From Eledone cirrhosa (Eukaryota): DNA of 64,000 nucleotides. How positions within the stretch are numbered: position 1 is the first letter of the stretch; each line of letters opens with the position of its first letter. The notes below the pieces were generated by a model. That model was not told the DNA's origin. It ran no database searches and saw only the letters and a program-made list of their open reading frames with translations. Made by a program: the position numbers and the translations under genes. This document shows positions 57,924-64,000 of this stretch, in pieces. The stretch is from assembly GCA_964016885.1 (NCBI GenBank), contig OZ024740.1:424700001-424764000 (forward strand), in the 5' to 3' direction.

Positions 57924-57976
57924 GAGATTCCTGATGATTTCTAATGAATGAAACAGTTCTAGTCCTGTAGAATCTC
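57924..57976 (+). ncRNA. Type I hammerhead ribozyme, family B
   Basis: GAGAUUC CUGAUGA u UUC uaau GAA u GAA ACAG uucuaguc CUGU A GAAUCUC: 7-bp stem I, 4-bp stem III, GUA triplet. Confidence 0.85.
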
Positions 57977-57989
57977 ATCTATATTAAAA

Positions 57990-58027
<38 letters not shown>

Positions 58028-58030
<3 letters not shown>

Positions 58031-58215
58031 CGAAGGAAATGTGGCAAGGAACCAGATGGACCATAACGCACCAAAGTACTCAATACTTAGGGTAGTAGAG
58101 TGGGTAATAGGAACAAATATGACCCCGACGGCAGAGCTCAAGCCGTTTCGACGGCTAATTCTGGACTAAACTAGCCGTTGAAACGATGAGCTCTGCCGCC
58201 AGGGTCAATCTTGTT

Positions 58216-58219
<4 letters not shown>
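58028..58219 (-). mobile_element. Family A hairpin-plus-tail element
   Basis: Same sequence family, flanked by (TA)n. Confidence 0.8.
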
Positions 58220-58287
<68 letters not shown>

Positions 58288-58321
58288 CATACATACACAT
58301 TTACATATGCACATACACATA

Positions 58322-58365
<44 letters not shown>

Positions 58366-58371
<6 letters not shown>

Positions 58372-58847
58372 TATGTACACGTAGAGTATGAGAGTGGGAA
58401 ATGAGAATTCGTTTCATTTTTTCCGTTTATCGTATTCGGTGCACCCGGCCGCTTAACTCACTCGATATGCAAATTGGGCTACTCAGCCGTTAATATGCAT
58501 AAGGTAAGTATATACGTTCAACAATCTGGCAGGAAGGTATACGTTGCTGACGATAGCTAATAAGCTTGAAACTAGTACAGCGTTCCTTTGTCAGTGTTGA
58601 ACAAACGAGCAACGATGGTTGCTAGACACTACGGCTTAATACGGGTTGTTTGTTTACAAACACACCGGGCATTATAATAAATGTTCGGTGAATCCATACG
58701 TACATATATATATGTGTGCATGTATGTATATATATATACATACTACTGTACATCTGTATACATATATGTATGTACGTGTACATACTTATATTTAAGTAAC
58801 AGCCGTACTAAGAGTGGGAAATGAGATTTCGTTTCATTTTTTTCGTT

Positions 58848-58850
<3 letters not shown>
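58366..58850 (+). mobile_element. Family D element, more than one monomer
   Basis: agagtgggaaatgag recurs at 58391 and 58811; flanked by (TA)n. Confidence 0.85.
58516..58602 (+). ncRNA. Type I hammerhead ribozyme, family D
   Basis: gttcaaca..ctggca..aagg.ACGTTG CTGACGA t AGCT aata AGCT t GAA ACTAGT A CAGCGT.cctt.tgtcag tgttgaac; predicted cleavage after A58577. Confidence 0.85.
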
Positions 58851-58884
<34 letters not shown>

Positions 58885-58923
58885 GTATATATATATGTGT
58901 GTGTGCTGGTGTGTGTGAAAAAT

Positions 58924-58977
<54 letters not shown>

Positions 58978-60440
58978 GTATATATATATATATATATATT
59001 ATGTATATAATATAATATAATTTTCACCCACACCAGCACACACATACACACACATATATACGTATATATATATATATCACACGCTTGATAACCTCTATGA
59101 TATAAGTGTTATGCCAATAGAACGCGGGGATAAAATTTAACTACCTCGTCTGTTCTGTCAACAGAGTCTTCTGTCTTGGGAGGTCTTTCCTCTAATACAA
59201 TTTCTTCAATCCCAACCCCCTCTCTCTATGTCTCCCTCTCTTTCTCTCCTCCCCCTCTCTCTGTCTCTTTCTCTCCTCCCTCTCTCTCTCTGTCTCTGTC
59301 TCTCCTCCCGCTCTCTCTGTCTCTATCTCTCGTCCCCCTCTCTCTCTCTTTCTCTCTGTCTGTCTCTTTCTCCCCCCCTTCTCTCTGTCTTGGAAGGTCT
59401 TTCCTCTAATACAATTTCTTCAACCACCTACCTCCCGTCTCTATGTCTCTCTCTCTTTCTCTCCTGCCTCTATGTCTCTCTCTCTCTTTCTCTCCTGTCT
59501 CTCTGTCTCTCTCTTTCTCTCCTCCCTCTCTCTGTCACCCCCCTCTCTCTGTCTCTTTCTCTCCAGTCCCCTCACGGTCTCATGTGTCCGCCTATTTTCC
59601 TTTTTCTCGGAAAGGAGTCTTTCTAATCGGTGTGTAGACGCAAAACCTCGGGTGTAATCAATATTCATTTAAGTGAACGATGGCCCTTCAGACGCACAGA
59701 CGCCATATAAAGGTAGCGAAAGGCCACTTCCACACACCTCTATTTACCCATGGCATATATCTAATGAGACTGATTTACCTACACACACATACAATAACAC
59801 ACACACACACACACCCATACAATGACACAGATACTCACACGTAGTCACACACATACAATGACACACGTACTCACACGTAGTCACACACACACACACATAC
59901 AATGACACACGTACTCACACCTGCACGCACACACACACAGACACACACACATACATATACACACATACACACTTACACACACACATATATATATATGTAG
60001 GTGTTTGTATATGTATATATATATATATGTGTGTGCTTATGTGTGTAAATATATCTATATATTTTGTATATATTTGTATATATACGAATATATGTGAGTG
60101 TGTGCAGAGAGAGAGAGTCAGATATATATATATATATAGAGAGAGAGAGCAGTCAGTCTTTGATGGCAAATGAAGTGAAAGTCACAATGAAAAACAAACA
60201 AAAACAAAATAGATAAACAATAAATAGTTGATTGGGGGAGAGAGAGAGAGAGGGAGAGGGGGGAGAGAAAGAGAGAGAGAGATGGAACGTGAGGGGGAGG
60301 CGAGGAGGGAGGAGGAAAGAAAGGGTGGGGGGTGGGGGAGTGTAAAAGAGAGAAAAGTAATGAAAACAGGAAGATTGTGATAGTAACGTAGAGAGAGACA
60401 GAATAGCGTGTGTGTGTATGTAGGTATATATGTATATATG

Positions 60441-61000
60441 TACAACCTGTCGCATGGTCGGGTCATCGGCGACTAAACCGGCAACCCCACCAAGTTTACT
60501 TGGTGAGGGGGGTGACTATGGACACCCTGCAGGACAAAAACAAAACCTGACAAAGGGCGGAAGAACTTATAAGAGCCAACGGCCATCCAAAAGTGTGTAA
60601 ATATGTATATATATATACACATGAACATATGTATGTATATGTGTATATACATGGGTGCATGTGTATGTATATACGCGGGGACATAGAAATAGTTAAACCA
60701 CTGGGAGTGAAGGATCCCTAGCCTTTGTCAGGGCATTCTTCTAGGAGAAGGCAACTCAGGAAACTGGGATAACTCAGATATAAAACCTGCGGCTCAGTAG
60801 TTACCGATGATGTTGATCTTTTCTTCTTTCCGAGTTATAGCTACTGTCACTCAGAGAGTGGGATTGGCTCAGTGCACAGTCTTTCTTCACTTTAAAACAT
60901 ATCTTCACGCACAAGCATTGCATGATAGAATTAATTAATAATTATTAATAATGGTATATCGTGCAATAGCAATACTCGATAACGAGGGGGCAGCCATCAT
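60441..61000 (+). mobile_element. Family F2 non-autonomous RTE derivative (diverged relatives ~3590-3775, ~28186-28620, ~48750-49040)
   Basis: Shares ctaggagaagg.aactc.g and gagagtggga.tgg motifs with F1 and has the LINE-like 3' end. Confidence 0.8.
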
Positions 61001-61034
61001 GTATATATGTATGTGTGTATGTATGTATGTATGT

Positions 61035-61827
61035 GGAAAGCTCTATGTGTGACAGTATAGAAGCTCTTGTGCTTAAGCAACGACTCCGTTGAAGTGGTCA
61101 CCTTGCGAGGATGAAGGATTCTAGAATACCAAAACAACTCTTTTATGGAGAGTTGGTTAAAGGAAAACGACCTCCACATAAACCAAAAAAGAGGTATAAG
61201 GATTCCTTGAAAGCCTCTCTGAAAGACGCTGATACATGGGAAAATATTGCTGTTGATCGTAATAAATGGAGAAAGACTGTATATGAGGGAAAAGTTGCCT
61301 TTGAGGCATCTCGAATCGCATACGAGAAAGTAAAGCGGGATGTGAGGAAGGGCATTGCTGTTGCACTTCCAGACGGAGAGGGGTCCTCCTATGGTGCTGA
61401 CATGCAGCGTCTGTGCGAGACTCTGCCTAAGCAAAGCTGGACTCGAAAGTCATCTTGGCAGTCATAAAGTAAGACAAGTGGTTGACTACCAGGCTGCTGT
61501 TGGAGATGCTACTCATCATGCTTGCCAAACATGTGGTAGTGAATGTAAATCAGCTGGAGGGCTCAAACGACATGCAAAAGTACACGAACTCCAACCACAG
61601 CCGGTTATTCCAAGTGAATGTTTTGGTTGCCAACTCTGTGAAAGACATTTTAGATCATTGGCTGGGCTAAAAAGCCACATTCGATCGCAGCACTGTTAGT
61701 TGCTATCGTGTGTGTGTATAGATATGTTTATGTGTGTGCGTGTGTGTGTATATATATATATGTATATTATTATTGTTGTTGTTGTCGTTATTTTTATTGT
61801 TGTTATTATTATTATTATTGTTATTAA

Positions 61828-61858
<31 letters not shown>

Positions 61859-61898
61859 TTTCTCGTGCAATGGCCATACTCGATAACGAGGGGCCATC

Positions 61899-61900
<2 letters not shown>
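61035..61900 (+). mobile_element. 5'-truncated RTE-clade LINE 3' end with three C2H2 zinc fingers
   Basis: SIEALVLKQRLR*SGHLARMKDSRIPKQLFYGELVKGKR...KRYKDSLK...WENIAVDRNKWR (RTE C-terminal signature with W->TGA), a frameshift, then CSVC..H..H, CQTC..H..H, CQLC..H..H and TAG at 61699; (ATGT)n tail. Confidence 0.9.
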
Positions 61901-61929
<29 letters not shown>

Positions 61930-61951
61930 TGTATGTATGTATGTATGTTAT

Positions 61952-62560
61952 GTCAGGTCACCAGTTGGTGCTACTGGTAACATGTATCCCAGTACAACCT
62001 GTCTCATGGTCGGGTCGTTGGCGACTAAACTTACAACCCCACCAAGGTTTCTTGGTGAGGAGGGTGACTTTGGACATCCTGCAGGACTAAAAACAAAACC
62101 TGTCAAAGGGCAAAGGAGCTCTTAAGAGTCAATGGCCATCCAAAATCACCGGGAGAGATGACCCCTTAGCCTTTGTCAAGGCAGAATTCTAGGAGAAGGA
62201 AAACTCTGATATAACACCTGCAACCCTGATGGTATCCAATGATGTTGACTTGTTCTTCTTTTTGGTAAATATCATCTTGGTTAAGAGAGTGGGACTGGCT
62301 TTGTGCAGTGCCTTTGCTCACTATAAAAGCTTCACGGCACAGGCATTGCTTTATATCTGGAGATCTCTCTGCACTTGTCGTCACATGGTACCATGGGCCC
62401 AGCACTATGTGTCAATAATTGTCACAAGTGTAGTGTTTGTACCAGAGTTTTCAAGTCGCTGGCTGGACTAAAAAGTCACACTCGTTCAGCGTATCGGTAG
62501 GAGTTCTCCTACATGGATATAAAGTAGTGGCCGTACTCGAAAACGAGTTGGCAGCCACCA
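61952..62560 (+). mobile_element. Family F1 non-autonomous RTE derivative
   Basis: 62423-62500 translates HKCSVCTRVFKSLAGLKSHTRSAYR*, homologous to the last finger of the adjacent LINE. Confidence 0.85.
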
Positions 62561-62830
62561 TGTATGTATGAATGTATGTATGTATGTATGTATGTATGTA
62601 TGTATGTATGTATGTATGTGTGTATGTATGTATGTATGTATATATGTGTACAACAAACGCAGTACCCGTCAAAGCGACGGGGTTTGTTTCTTCCCACTTT
62701 CTGTAATCTTTCATATTTGTTTCTTCCCAAAGTAGATTCTATCTGTCTTTCTACTCCTGTCTCTCTGATTCTCTCCATTGTGGAACAGTTCTATATATTT
62801 TCTTCTTCGCATTTCTCGTTTAATTACACT

Positions 62831-63496
62831 TCTGCCTCTCCCCCATTGTCTCACCTCTCCATATATCTGCCTCGCCCCCATTGTCTCACCTCTCCATATA
62901 TCTGCCTCTTCCCCATCGTCTCACCTCTCCATATATCTGCCTCGCCCCCATTGTCTCACCTCTCCATATATCTGCCTCTCCCCCATTGTCTCATCTCTCC
63001 ATATATCTGCCTCTTCCCCATTGTCTCACCTCTCCATATATCTGCCTCTTCCCCATTGTCTCACCTCTCCATATATCTGCCTCTCCCCCATTGTCTCACC
63101 TCTCCATATATCTGCCTCTCCCCCATTGTCTCATCTCTCCATATATCTGCCTCTTCCCCATTGTCTCATCTCGCCATATATCTGCCTCTTCCCCATTGTC
63201 TCACCTCTCCATATATCTGCCTCTCCCCCATTGTCTCATCTCTCCATATATCTGCCTCTCCCCCATTGTCTCATCTCTCCATATATCTGCCTCTTCCCCA
63301 TTGTCTCATCTCTCCATATATCTGCCTCTCCCCCATTGTCTCATCTCTCCATATATCTGCCTCTCCCCCATTGTCTCATCTCTCCATATATCTGCCTCTC
63401 CCCCATTGTCTCATCTCTCCATATATCTGCCTCTTCCCCATTGTCTCATCTCTCCATATATCTGCCTCTTCCCCATTGTCTCACCTCTCCATATAT
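62831..63496. repeat. 35-bp minisatellite, ~19 copies
   Basis: Unit tctgcctctYccccattgtctcaYctctccatata. Confidence 0.95.
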
Positions 63497-63658
63497 TTCA
63501 CAGTTTTCAATGTTTCTCTGACACACAACCTCAGAAATCCCTGATGTCTTTTTCAATCATCCGTCAATTCAATCTATCACCTCTATATTTCTATTAATCT
63601 AATCTACCTCTCTTTATAAAACATTTTTCACTCTTCCACAACTCTCACCACAGCCAGT

Positions 63659-63760
<102 letters not shown>

Positions 63761-64000
63761 CTCTCTCTCTCTCTCCAACGTCATTGAGAGATGGAACGCA
63801 ACAAAAATCCTAACTACAGACATATATGTACGATGATAACTGAACTAGGAGGCATAACATATCTATGTGCTATGGTGGCTGAAGTTTGAAATCATAGGTA
63901 GCATACATTTGTGTAGAGATCTTATTTATATATATTTTAGCTCTGAACATAGGGCTTTATTTTCCTTTATCGATTTATTCGGAAACTCTTGGCACTATAT

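Larger units (their letters stand above)
57790..57992 (-). mobile_element. Family B hairpin-plus-tail element (other copies ~47835-47975, ~55660-55825, related ~41200-41320)
   Basis: Shared tail ccgggt...gtaaccacagtaagtaaggtactcaatacatagcaga and hammerhead-containing inverted arms, next to (TA)n/(TG)n. Confidence 0.8.

Noticed and set aside
61355-61699. Host C2H2 zinc-finger gene
   Set aside because: Contiguous with RTE C-terminal motifs and an RTE tail; no TGEKP linkers.
62564-63597. Three overlapping 238-326 aa ORFs
   Set aside because: Product of a stop-free 35-bp minisatellite.

Overview
Repeat-saturated, AT-rich eukaryotic DNA, intergenic or deep-intronic. The SINE families and extreme (TA)n/(CA)n/(GA)n/(TATG)n density suggest an octopus-like cephalopod (inference). 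No intact host protein-coding gene is evident, and almost all long ORFs in the track are microsatellite artefacts. Real coding remnants are all retroelement-derived: a Penelope-like element (RT thumb plus GIY-YIG, ~15.3-16.15 kb), an RTE LINE 3' end with three C2H2 fingers (~61.0-61.9 kb) and a CR1-like 3' end (~40.5-40.9 kb). The main hidden signal, found by folding by eye, is a dense set of type I hammerhead ribozyme motifs from about eight sequence-distinct families, mostly in short ORF-less, often palindromic elements inserted in (TA)n tracts. One family has a ~420-430 bp tandem monomer with one hammerhead per monomer and resembles a non-LTR retrozyme. A second system is a non-autonomous RTE derivative that chains into (ATGT)n tails. 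No folding program or database search was run; boundaries are approximate unless a motif is quoted.
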